Positions 55,300-64,000 of a stretch of 64,000 nucleotides of DNA are shown in pieces. This DNA comes from Escherichia coli. GTDB taxonomy: Bacteria; Pseudomonadota; Gammaproteobacteria; Enterobacterales; Enterobacteriaceae. Numbering within the stretch: position 1 is the stretch's first letter; each line of letters opens with the position of its first letter. The stretch is from the NCBI RefSeq assembly GCF_003018255.1, contig NZ_CP027440.1. One strand, given 5' to 3'. Both the position numbers and the translations under genes were made by a program. The notes under the pieces were generated by a model. It saw only the letters and a list, made by a program, of their open reading frames with translations, was not told where the DNA came from and searched no databases.

Positions 55300-55675
55300 T
55301 TTTCACCTCAATCAAAAAGCCAGTTTCGATCAAATCCTCTATTTGCTTATTGCTAAAGGCCAGAAATGCATTTGCCATTTTTTTGTAGGCCGCCAGTTCA
55401 TCATCTTCGATTTCTTTGGTTCCTTTACTGCTTAGACCACTCTTGGACCAACCATCATAAAAAAACACATGATTTGCTGATTTAAAAAAGATAATTGTTC
55501 TGGCTCCACCACTCTTTCCTTGTTGGAGGGGTAAACGTTTTTTGATGACACCGCTACCTAAATCAGCCTCCCATATGCCCTGAATCACTTCTTCAGCGGC
55601 AGCCATGAGAACTTTATCGTGAATACCAAGTTTTTTCGTGCTTTGGCTGAATCGTCTTGCCTTATACACACCCAT
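55289..55675 (-). CDS. Type II toxin, RelE/HigB-like (probable mRNA interferase)
   Basis: 128 aa; family-typical segments LPLQQGKSGGARTIIFF and FFYDGWSKS; AAGGA ribosome-binding site ~7 bp upstream of the ATG; toxin-first operon order. Confidence 0.7.
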   Translation of the reverse strand: MGVYKARRFSQSTKKLGIHDKVLMAAAEEVIQGIWEADLGSGVIKKRLPLQQGKSGGARTIIFFKSANHVFFYDGWSKSGLSSKGTKEIEDDELAAYKKMANAFLAFSNKQIEDLIETGFLIEVKNER

Positions 55676-55685
55676 ACATCCATCC

Positions 55686-55720
55686 TTGTGGTAATGTTTA
55701 CTATAGTAACCATTACGCTT
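55686..55720 (-). promoter_or_regulatory. Putative promoter/operator of the toxin-antitoxin operon
   Basis: Imperfect palindrome ggtaatgtttactatagtaaccattac containing a -10-like hexamer (minus-strand tactat), 15-45 bp upstream of the toxin ATG. Confidence 0.4.
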
Positions 55721-55900
55721 ATTTCAAGTAATTGCGATCAAAACTTTAATTTGGTGTGAAAAAGTGAGAGTTGCCTCGAGTACGATTCATTTTTCTCGAT
55801 TTATGCGTCAGGGGATTTTGTGCGTAAGGGTAGGACATCGGGAAGGGTAGCAGAGGCAGATCGAAGAACAATATCCTTGTTAGATCTGCCTTAAGATTAA

Positions 55901-57226
55901 TTAAACCCGGCTACCCCACAAATCGTACTCATCGGCGTGCTCGACTTTCACACGCAGGATATCACCCGGCTTAACGTTGGTTTCACCATTGAGATAAACC
56001 GCGCCGTCGATTTCCGGTGCATCTGCCATGCTGCGACCAATCGCACCTTCTTCGTCCACTTCGTCGATAATCACCAGAATTTCACGGCCCACTTTCTCTT
56101 GCAGGCGCTCGGCGGAAATCTGCTGCTGCAACTGCATGAAACGGTTCCAGCGTTCTTCTTTCACTTCTTCCGGAACCTGGTCAGGCAGGGCATTGGCGTC
56201 TGCACCTTCAACCGGGCTGTATTTAAAGCAGCCAACGCGATCCAGACGTGCTTCTTTCAGGAAGTCGAGTAGCATCTGGAAATCTTCTTCCGTCTCGCCA
56301 GGGAAGCCGACAATAAAGGTTGAGCGTAGGGTCAGTTCCGGGCAGATTTCGCGCCACTGTTTGATGCGCGCGAGTTGGCGATCTACAGAACCCGGACGCT
56401 TCATCAGTTTGAGAATGCGCGGGCTGGCGTGCTGCAACGGAATGTCCAGATAGGGCAGGATTTTGCCTTCTGCCATCAGTGGGATGACGTCGTCCACATG
56501 CGGATAAGGGTAAACGTAGTGCAGACGTGTCCAGATCCCCAGTTTCGATAACTGTTCGCACAGGCTGACCATGCTGGTTTTTACCGGCTCGCCGTTGTGG
56601 AAGCCAGTACGATGTTTAACATCGACGCCATAGGCGGAAGTATCCTGCGAGATCACCAGAATCTCTTTAACGCCCGCATCAACCAGACGTTTCGCTTCAC
56701 TTAACACTTCGCCAATCGGACGGCTCACTAGGTCGCCGCGCATAGACGGAATAATGCAGAAGGTGCAGCGGTGATTACAGCCTTCAGAAATTTTCAGATA
56801 GGCATAATGACGCGGCGTCAGTTTCACACCTTGTTCTGGCACCAGGCTCAGGAATGGGTTGTGTTTCGGTTTTGGCACGTAGTGATGAACGTGCTCCAGA
56901 ACCTGCTCATAGCTATGAGGCCCGGTGATTTCCAGCACTTTCGGGTGGACTTCGCGGATCTGATCTTCTTTTGCCCCCAGACAACCGGTCACAATTACCT
57001 TGCCGTTTTCATTCAACGCTTCACCAATGGCTTCCAGTGATTCTTGTACCGCGCTGTCAATAAAGCCGCAGGTGTTGACGATCACCATGTCCGCATCGTC
57101 ATAGCTCGGTACCACGTCATAACCTTCAGTGCGTAGTTCGGTGAGAATACGCTCTGAATCGACAAGGTTTTTCGGGCAGCCAAGGGAAACAAAGCCGATT
57201 TTCGGCTGGGGAGTTACTTTGCTCAT
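55901..57226 (-). CDS. rimO: Ribosomal protein S12 methylthiotransferase (radical SAM MTTase)
   Basis: 441 aa; radical-SAM CxxxCxxC (CNHRCTFC); N-terminal MTTase domain and C-terminal TRAM region. Confidence 0.95.
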
Positions 57227-57438
57227 AGCTTAAAAAATATTCAGTTACAGTAAAGGTCAGGGCAGGGATTCTACAGAGTTCTGGATAAAATTTGTATCGC
57301 AATCTCATTCGCTGGCGGAGGCGAAGGAAATGTAAATTTTGTTAATTCGGCGTGAAGAATTGATCCTAGACAGCATTTTGCTCAAAAAATAGCCATACTA
57401 TTTAATTGCAACAAGGCTGGAAAGAGGAGGATCGAAGT

Positions 57439-57822
57439 ATGTTCGTTGACAGACAGCGAATCGATCTGCTGAACCGGTTGATCGACGCACGCGTTGACCT
57501 CGCCGCATACGTGCAACTGAGGAAGGCAAAAGGATACATGTCCGTCAGCGAAAGCAATCATCTACGAGATAACTTTTTTAAACTGAATCGCGAACTGCAC
57601 GATAAATCGCTGCGGTTGAATCTTCATCTGGATCAGGAAGAGTGGAGTGCTCTTCATCATGCTGAAGAAGCATTAGCGACAGCCGCAGTATGTTTGATGA
57701 GTGGGCACCATGATTGCCCGACTGTTATTACCGTCAACGCCGATAAGCTTGAAAATTGTCTGATGAGCTTAACGCTGAGTATCCAGAGCCTGCAGAAGCA
57801 CGCCATGCTTGAGAAGGCCTGA
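57439..57822 (+). CDS. bssR: Biofilm regulator BssR
   Basis: Start at MFVDRQRIDLLNRL (127 aa); the ORF-track 138-aa form is an N-terminal extension. Confidence 0.85.
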   Translation: MFVDRQRIDLLNRLIDARVDLAAYVQLRKAKGYMSVSESNHLRDNFFKLNRELHDKSLRLNLHLDQEEWSALHHAEEALATAAVCLMSGHHDCPTVITVNADKLENCLMSLTLSIQSLQKHAMLEKA

Positions 57823-57932
57823 AAACTAAGGGGGAGAAAGCGTCTCTCCCTTCATGTTTAAGTTTTTGTAAAAATAAATTTGTTATCTCCTCCACTGACT
57901 ACGCTTTAAGCCAGAGTCAATCCGGAGGCGTT

Positions 57933-59048
57933 ATGCATCGACAATCCTTTTTCCTTGTGCCCCTTATTTGTCTTTCTTCCGCTCTCTGGGCGGCTCCTGC
58001 AACGGTAAATGTCGAAGTACTGCAGGACAAACTCGACCATCCCTGGGCGCTGGCCTTTTTACCCGACAATCACGGTATGTTAATCACTCTGCGCGGCGGC
58101 GAGTTGCGTCACTGGCAAGCAGGAAAAGGATTATCTGCGCCGCTTTCCGGAGTGCCGGACGTTTGGGCGCACGGGCAGGGCGGCCTGCTGGACGTGGTTT
58201 TAGCGCCCGATTTTGCTCAGTCGCGCCGCATCTGGTTAAGTTATTCCGAAGTTGGCGATGATGGCAAAGCCGGAACTGCTGTGGGTTATGGCCGCTTAAG
58301 TGATGATCTCTCAAAAGTGACCGACTTCCGCACCGTCTTTCGTCAGATGCCAAAACTGTCTACCGGCAACCATTTTGGCGGGCGGATGGTATTTGACGGT
58401 AAAGGTTATCTTTTTATTGCTCTGGGCGAAAACAATCAGCGCCCGACGGCGCAGGATCTGGATAAATTACAGGGCAAACTGGTGCGACTGACCGACCTGG
58501 GAGAAATCCCGGATGATAATCCTTTTATAAAGGAATCCGATGCACGCGCCGAGATCTGGTCTTATGGCATTCGTAATCCGCAAGGAATGGCGATGAATCC
58601 GTGGAGTAATGCACTATGGCTGAATGAACATGGCCCGCGCGGTGGCGATGAAATTAATATCCCGCAAAAAGGCAAAAACTACGGCTGGCCGCTGGCAACC
58701 TGGGGAATCAACTATTCAGGCTTTAAGATACCGGAGGCGAAAGGGGAGATCGTCGCCGGGACCGAGCAACCTGTTTTTTACTGGAAAGATTCGCCCGCCG
58801 TGAGCGGCATGGCCTTCTATAACAGCGACAAATTCCCCCAGTGGCAGCAAAAATTATTTATTGGCGCGCTGAAAGATAAAGATGTCATTGTGATGAGCGT
58901 CAACGGCGACAAAGTGACAGAAGATGGCCGTATTTTAACGGACAGAGGGCAGCGAATTCGTGATGTTCGCACTGGACCCGACGGTTATTTATACGTTCTC
59001 ACCGACGAGTCCAGTGGGGAATTACTTAAAGTTAGCCCACGCAATTAG
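57933..59048 (+). CDS. yliI: Soluble aldose sugar dehydrogenase (PQQ-dependent beta-propeller)
   Basis: 371 aa with signal peptide; size and position match yliI. Confidence 0.88.
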
Positions 59049-59671
59049 CTAACGGGAATCATCACCACTTTGCGCACTGCGGGGCGTTCAGTGAGTTGCT
59101 GATACCAGCGTTGCAGATTTGGACGCGGTGTCCAGGTCAGGCCAACGTTAAACAAATTGTAGATGAACGGTGCGATAGCGATATCGCCCACACCAAACTC
59201 GTCGCCTGAGAACCATTTTACTTTTGCCAGTTCCGCATCGAGCAGGGCAAACAGGGCGTCGCACTCTTTGCAACTGGCATCAATGGCGGCCTGATCGCGC
59301 TCTTCCGGTGGTGTTCTGACTAATCCCATCAGGATCCCGCGATGAGCATTACTGAGCGTCTGGTTTGCCCAGTCCATCCATTTTTCGGCTTCCGCACGAC
59401 GTGCCGGTGAGTCGATCCACAGGCGTTTTTGCCCGTACTGTGCCGCCAGATAGCGGACAATGGCGTTTGATTCCCAAAGAATGAGATCACTTTCGTCGTC
59501 ACGCAACAACGGCACCAGCCCGTTAGGGTTCATCGCCAGAAAATCAGCATCGTGATTTATCCCAAACTCACGGCCCGCGAGAATTTGCTCATAAGGTAGT
59601 TCCAGTTCTTCGAGCGTCAGCAATACTTTTTTTACGTTGGTTGAATTATTCCGACCCCACAGCGTAATCAT
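59045..59671 (-). CDS. gstB: Glutathione S-transferase
   Basis: GST N- and C-terminal fold; start chosen at [10 protein letters not shown] (208 aa); alternative ATG two codons upstream (59677). Confidence 0.88.
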
Positions 59672-59917
59672 ACTCACCCCTTTTCCGACAGGCAGCCACA
59701 GGCTGAACAGGACTCCGATGGTGAAGTAAAGTTAACTTTTAAGCAACAGCTGGCAAAAAAATGACACCAGAAGCAGCGAAGCGGCAGGATATTGCATAAA
59801 CTTTAAAAACTTTACCAACTTACGGTTTCTTTAAGTTTGTGTGTGCGTTATTAATCACCGAACTTATCATACGGCGATATAACGTATTTTTTTTGAATGG
59901 ATACTCGGGTGGCATTT

Positions 59918-61120
59918 ATGACGCAATACTCCTCTCTCCTTCGTGGTCTTGCAGCGGGTTCTGCATTTTTATTCCTTTTTGCCCCAACGGCATTCGCGGC
60001 GGAACAAACCGTTGAAGCGCCGAGCGTGGATGCGCGTGCATGGATTTTAATGGATTACGCCAGCGGTAAAGTGCTGGCAGAAGGCAATGCGGATGAAAAA
60101 CTGGACCCCGCGAGCCTGACTAAAATCATGACCAGCTATGTGGTTGGGCAGGCGCTTAAGGCCGATAAGATTAAACTCACCGATATGGTGACGGTCGGTA
60201 AAGATGCCTGGGCGACGGGAAATCCGGCACTGCGTGGTTCATCGGTAATGTTCCTCAAACCGGGCGATCAGGTTTCGGTGGCAGACTTGAACAAAGGTGT
60301 GATTATCCAGTCCGGTAATGACGCCTGTATTGCGCTGGCTGATTACGTTGCCGGGAGCCAGGAGTCATTTATTGGTCTGATGAATGGTTATGCCAAAAAA
60401 CTGGGTCTGACCAACACTACCTTCCAGACGGTGCACGGTCTGGATGCGCCGGGGCAGTTCAGTACCGCGCGCGATATGGCATTGCTGGGTAAAGCATTGA
60501 TCCACGATGTGCCGGAAGAGTACGCCATTCATAAAGAGAAAGAGTTCACCTTCAACAAAATTCGTCAGCCTAACCGTAATCGTCTGCTGTGGAGCAGCAA
60601 TCTGAATGTTGATGGCATGAAGACAGGAACCACGGCAGGCGCGGGATATAATCTGGTTGCTTCGGCTACCCAGGGCGATATGCGTTTAATCTCCGTAGTG
60701 CTGGGGGCGAAAACTGACCGTATCCGTTTTAATGAGTCTGAGAAATTATTGACCTGGGGCTTCCGTTTCTTTGAAACCGTGACGCCAATTAAACCTGATG
60801 CCACATTTGTGACTCAGCGCGTCTGGTTTGGTGATAAGAGCGAAGTGAATCTCGGGGCAGGCGAAGCGGGCTCAGTGACCATACCGCGTGGGCAGCTGAA
60901 AAACCTGAAGGCGAGTTATACGTTAACGGAACCGCAGCTTACCGCACCGCTGAAAAAAGGTCAGGTTGTCGGCACCATTGATTTCCAGCTTAACGGTAAA
61001 TCCATTGAGCAGCGTCCGCTGATCGTGATGGAAAATGTGGAAGAGGGCGGATTCTTTGGTCGGATGTGGGATTTCGTGATGATGAAATTCCATCAGTGGT
61101 TCGGCAGCTGGTTCTCTTAA
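59918..61120 (+). CDS. dacC: D-alanyl-D-alanine carboxypeptidase (PBP6)
   Basis: Start at [10 protein letters not shown] (400 aa); SxxK (SLTK), SxN (SGN) and KTG motifs present. Confidence 0.95.
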   Translation: MTQYSSLLRGLAAGSAFLFLFAPTAFAAEQTVEAPSVDARAWILMDYASGKVLAEGNADEKLDPASLTKIMTSYVVGQALKADKIKLTDMVTVGKDAWATGNPALRGSSVMFLKPGDQVSVADLNKGVIIQSGNDACIALADYVAGSQESFIGLMNGYAKKLGLTNTTFQTVHGLDAPGQFSTARDMALLGKALIHDVPEEYAIHKEKEFTFNKIRQPNRNRLLWSSNLNVDGMKTGTTAGAGYNLVASATQGDMRLISVVLGAKTDRIRFNESEKLLTWGFRFFETVTPIKPDATFVTQRVWFGDKSEVNLGAGEAGSVTIPRGQLKNLKASYTLTEPQLTAPLKKGQVVGTIDFQLNGKSIEQRPLIVMENVEEGGFFGRMWDFVMMKFHQWFGSWFS

Positions 61121-61166
61121 TCTTCTGATAACCGGATGGCGCGAAACGTCATCCGGTTATACGTCA

Positions 61167-61925
61167 TTAATACATCAACTTAATACGCTGCGTCTGCGCG
61201 TACTTCACATACTCATCTTCCGGGCAACAATCGCTCACAACAATATCAAAGCGTTTCAGGTCACCCATGCGCGCCGGACGCACCTTGCCAAATTTACTGT
61301 GGTCGACAACCAGCACATGCTTTTGCGCCATCGACATGGCCCAGTGTTTTACCGGCAACTCTTCAAGATTAAAGCAGGTAGCGCCTTTACTGACATGCAC
61401 GCCCGCAGCGGAATAAAAAGCGATATCCGGGCAAAAATTATTCAGCGTTTGCTGAAAATCGATGGGTTTGAAAATGGCGTTGCTGGCGTGAAATTCACCA
61501 CCGCAAAGAAACGCGCGGCAATGGGGTTTCTCTTTCAGCGCCAGAAAGGTATTTAGCGAATAACAAACGGCGGTAAAAGGGATTTCATTATCAATTGCTT
61601 CAATAATCCACGGCGTGGTGGTGCCACAGTCAAAAAAGAGGGTCTGATCGGGTTCTACCAGCGTCGCAGCCAGTTTTGCCGCCCGGCGTTTTTCTTCCAC
61701 CAGGCGGGATTTTTGATCGCTTAACAGGTAATGGCTGGCGCTGCGTGGTTCCAGAACAATATAGCCGCCGAGCAAAACGACGGGCGCACTGTGGTTGTTC
61801 AGATCGCGACGAATCGTCATCTCCGAAACCCCAAGCAGGGCGGCGGCGTCTTTAAGATGTAACTTATCACTGCGTTTTAATTCTTGCAGCAGCTGCCCGA
61901 TACGCTCTTCGCGACGTGTTTCCAT
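61167..61925 (-). CDS. deoR: DeoR-family transcriptional repressor
   Basis: 252 aa; N-terminal HTH (LKDAAALLGVSEMTIRRDLN) and sugar-phosphate-binding C-terminal domain. Confidence 0.92.
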   Translation of the reverse strand: METRREERIGQLLQELKRSDKLHLKDAAALLGVSEMTIRRDLNNHSAPVVLLGGYIVLEPRSASHYLLSDQKSRLVEEKRRAAKLAATLVEPDQTLFFDCGTTTPWIIEAIDNEIPFTAVCYSLNTFLALKEKPHCRAFLCGGEFHASNAIFKPIDFQQTLNNFCPDIAFYSAAGVHVSKGATCFNLEELPVKHWAMSMAQKHVLVVDHSKFGKVRPARMGDLKRFDIVVSDCCPEDEYVKYAQTQRIKLMY

Positions 61926-61982
61926 AATCCCTCTGAATAGTTATTGAAGCGAGCCGCTCAATACTACACTTTTTAGCAGAGA

Positions 61983-62579
61983 TCAGTCACGCACCCAGCC
62001 TTTGCGGATCGGTAATGCAAAACAGAAGCGATACCACGATTGCAGACGTTGATAGAGTTTATGCCCCATCGCTTGCCAGATAATCTGGGCGCTAAGGCAG
62101 CCAATCATACCTGCCAGCAATCCACCGAGCATATCCAGCGGCCAGTGGACGCCAAGATAAACGCGCGACCAGGCAATGACGACGGCCAGCACCATTAAAA
62201 GTGAGCCGGACCACAGGCGATGCCAGCATAAAAATGCCAGTGCAAAGGTGAAAATCACCGTACCGTGATCGCTCGGGAATGAGTCATCCGCCGCATGATG
62301 CAGGAAGTTATAGCCGATATTTTCGACAAAGGGTCGGTCGTGCGGAAAAAGATGCCCCATCGACCAGGACACAAACAGGCTGACCGCCAGCGCGATAGCG
62401 ATTTTTATCACCAGTTGCCGTTGTGCTGTAAGCCCCCACAGCCAAAGTACCGCGGCCAGCAACGGCACCACGGTAATCAAATCTTTTGCAATAAAAATCG
62501 CCAACGAGATCATCCACGGCGCAGAGTCTGGCGTCGCGTTAATAAGAGAGAATAGAGAGAGATTCAAATTTTCCAGCAT
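61983..62579 (-). CDS. ybjG: Undecaprenyl-pyrophosphate phosphatase (PAP2 family)
   Basis: Start at MLENLNLSLF (198 aa); PAP2 motifs (PSDHG, ...H...D). Confidence 0.9.
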   Translation of the reverse strand: MLENLNLSLFSLINATPDSAPWMISLAIFIAKDLITVVPLLAAVLWLWGLTAQRQLVIKIAIALAVSLFVSWSMGHLFPHDRPFVENIGYNFLHHAADDSFPSDHGTVIFTFALAFLCWHRLWSGSLLMVLAVVIAWSRVYLGVHWPLDMLGGLLAGMIGCLSAQIIWQAMGHKLYQRLQSWYRFCFALPIRKGWVRD

Positions 62580-62863
62580 AACTTCCCGACGCAAAGTGAT
62601 TAAAAGGGAGCCAATACAGGCAAGTCGTTGAGAATAAAGTGCAGGTTAAACTGGGTAAAGCGGCATCGTCTTATTTCCCTCAAGCGGCCTGTTTACGGTG
62701 GGTGATTGTAACGGGCAAAGGTTAAATAAAACTTAAAGAAAGCGTAGCTATACTCGCAATAATGTAAGAATGTGCTTAACCGTGGTTTCAGCTACAAAAT
62801 TCGCTTTCTCGTTAGCTGCGCTTTTATTAAACTTTGCGCGATTATTATTGGCGAAGAAATTGC

Positions 62864-64000
62864 ATGCAAAATAAATTAGCTTCCGGTGCCAGGCTTGGAC
62901 GTCAGGCGTTACTTTTCCCTCTCTGTCTGGTGCTTTACGAATTTTCAACCTATATCGGCAACGATATGATTCAACCCGGTATGTTGGCCGTGGTGGAACA
63001 ATATCAGGCGGGCATTGATTGGGTTCCTACTTCGATGACTGCGTATCTGGCGGGCGGGATGTTTTTACAATGGCTCCTGGGGCCGTTGTCGGATCGTATT
63101 GGCCGCCGTCCGGTGATGCTGGCGGGAGTGGTGTGGTTTATCGTCACCTGTCTGGCAATATTACTGGCGCAAAACATTGAACAATTCACCCTGTTGCGCT
63201 TCTTGCAGGGCATAAGCCTCTGTTTCATTGGCGCTGTGGGATACGCCGCAATTCAGGAATCCTTCGAAGAGGCGGTTTGTATCAAGATCACCGCGCTAAT
63301 GGCGAACGTGGCGCTGATTGCTCCACTACTTGGTCCGCTGGTGGGCGCGGCGTGGATCCATGTGCTGCCCTGGGAAGGGATGTTTGTCTTGTTTGCCGCA
63401 TTGGCAGCGATCTCCTTTTTCGGTCTGCAACGAGCCATGCCTGAAACCGCCACGCGTATAGGCGAGAAACTGTCGCTGAAAGAACTCGGTCGTGACTATA
63501 AGCTGGTGCTGAAGAACGGCCGCTTTGTGGCGGGGGCGCTGGCGCTGGGATTCGTTAGCCTGCCGTTGTTGGCGTGGATCGCCCAGTCGCCGATTATCAT
63601 TATTACCGGTGAGCAGTTGAGCAGCTATGAATATGGCTTGCTGCAAGTGCCTATTTTCGGGGCGTTAATTGCGGGTAACTTGCTGTTAGCGCGTCTGACC
63701 TCGCGCCGCACCGTACGTTCGCTGATTATTATGGGCGGCTGGCCGATTATGATTGGTCTGTTGGTCGCTGCTGCGGCAACGGTTATCTCATCGCACGCGT
63801 ATTTATGGATGACCGCCGGGTTAAGTATTTATGCTTTCGGTATTGGTCTGGCGAATGCGGGACTGGTGCGATTAACCCTGTTTGCCAGCGATATGAGTAA
63901 AGGTACGGTTTCTGCGGCGATGGGGATGCTGCAAATGCTGATCTTTACCGTCGGTATTGAAATCAGCAAACATGTCTGGCTGAACGGGGGCAACGGACTG
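62864..64000 (+). CDS. mdfA: Multidrug efflux MFS transporter, 3' end beyond window
   Basis: ATG at 62864 opens a frame with no stop to the window end (379 codons): [20 protein letters not shown]...; absent from the ORF track because it is incomplete. Confidence 0.9.
   Translation, partial: MQNKLASGARLGRQALLFPLCLVLYEFSTYIGNDMIQPGMLAVVEQYQAGIDWVPTSMTAYLAGGMFLQWLLGPLSDRIGRRPVMLAGVVWFIVTCLAILLAQNIEQFTLLRFLQGISLCFIGAVGYAAIQESFEEAVCIKITALMANVALIAPLLGPLVGAAWIHVLPWEGMFVLFAALAAISFFGLQRAMPETATRIGEKLSLKELGRDYKLVLKNGRFVAGALALGFVSLPLLAWIAQSPIIIITGEQLSSYEYGLLQVPIFGALIAGNLLLARLTSRRTVRSLIIMGGWPIMIGLLVAAAATVISSHAYLWMTAGLSIYAFGIGLANAGLVRLTLFASDMSKGTVSAAMGMLQMLIFTVGIEISKHVWLNGGNGL

Noticed and set aside
55730-55890. 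XhoI (ctcgag) and BglII (agatct) sites within the islet as possible signs of a cloning construct
   Set aside because: Two 6-bp sites in 1 kb are compatible with chance; there is no vector backbone, marker gene or scar sequence, and the ORFs have native-looking ribosome-binding sites and overlap.

Overview
This window is enterobacterial core chromosome, colinear gene-for-gene with the Escherichia coli K-12 map from ybhM through mdfA (ybhPON, ybhQ, ybhGFSR-cecR, rhlE, dinG-ybiB, fiu-ybiX, glnHPQ, dps, ompX, mntS-mntR, ybiW-ybiY, moeAB, gsiABCD, pdeI-dgcI, rimO, dacC). Gene identities rest on motifs read in the supplied translations plus recalled gene order; no database search was run. Two departures from the K-12 layout stand out. 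First, a roughly 0.9-1 kb AT-rich islet between dgcI and rimO carries an overlapping toxin-first pair: a RelE/HigB-like toxin and an XRE-HTH antitoxin. This is the best candidate for an accessory system, although both proteins belong to recognisable families. Second, ybiA survives only as a 3' remnant directly abutting the dinG SOS promoter. The small protein gene mntS, absent from the ORF track, was found by hand, and several regulatory sites and repeats are annotated. No CRISPR array, rRNA, tRNA, transposase or integrase was seen.
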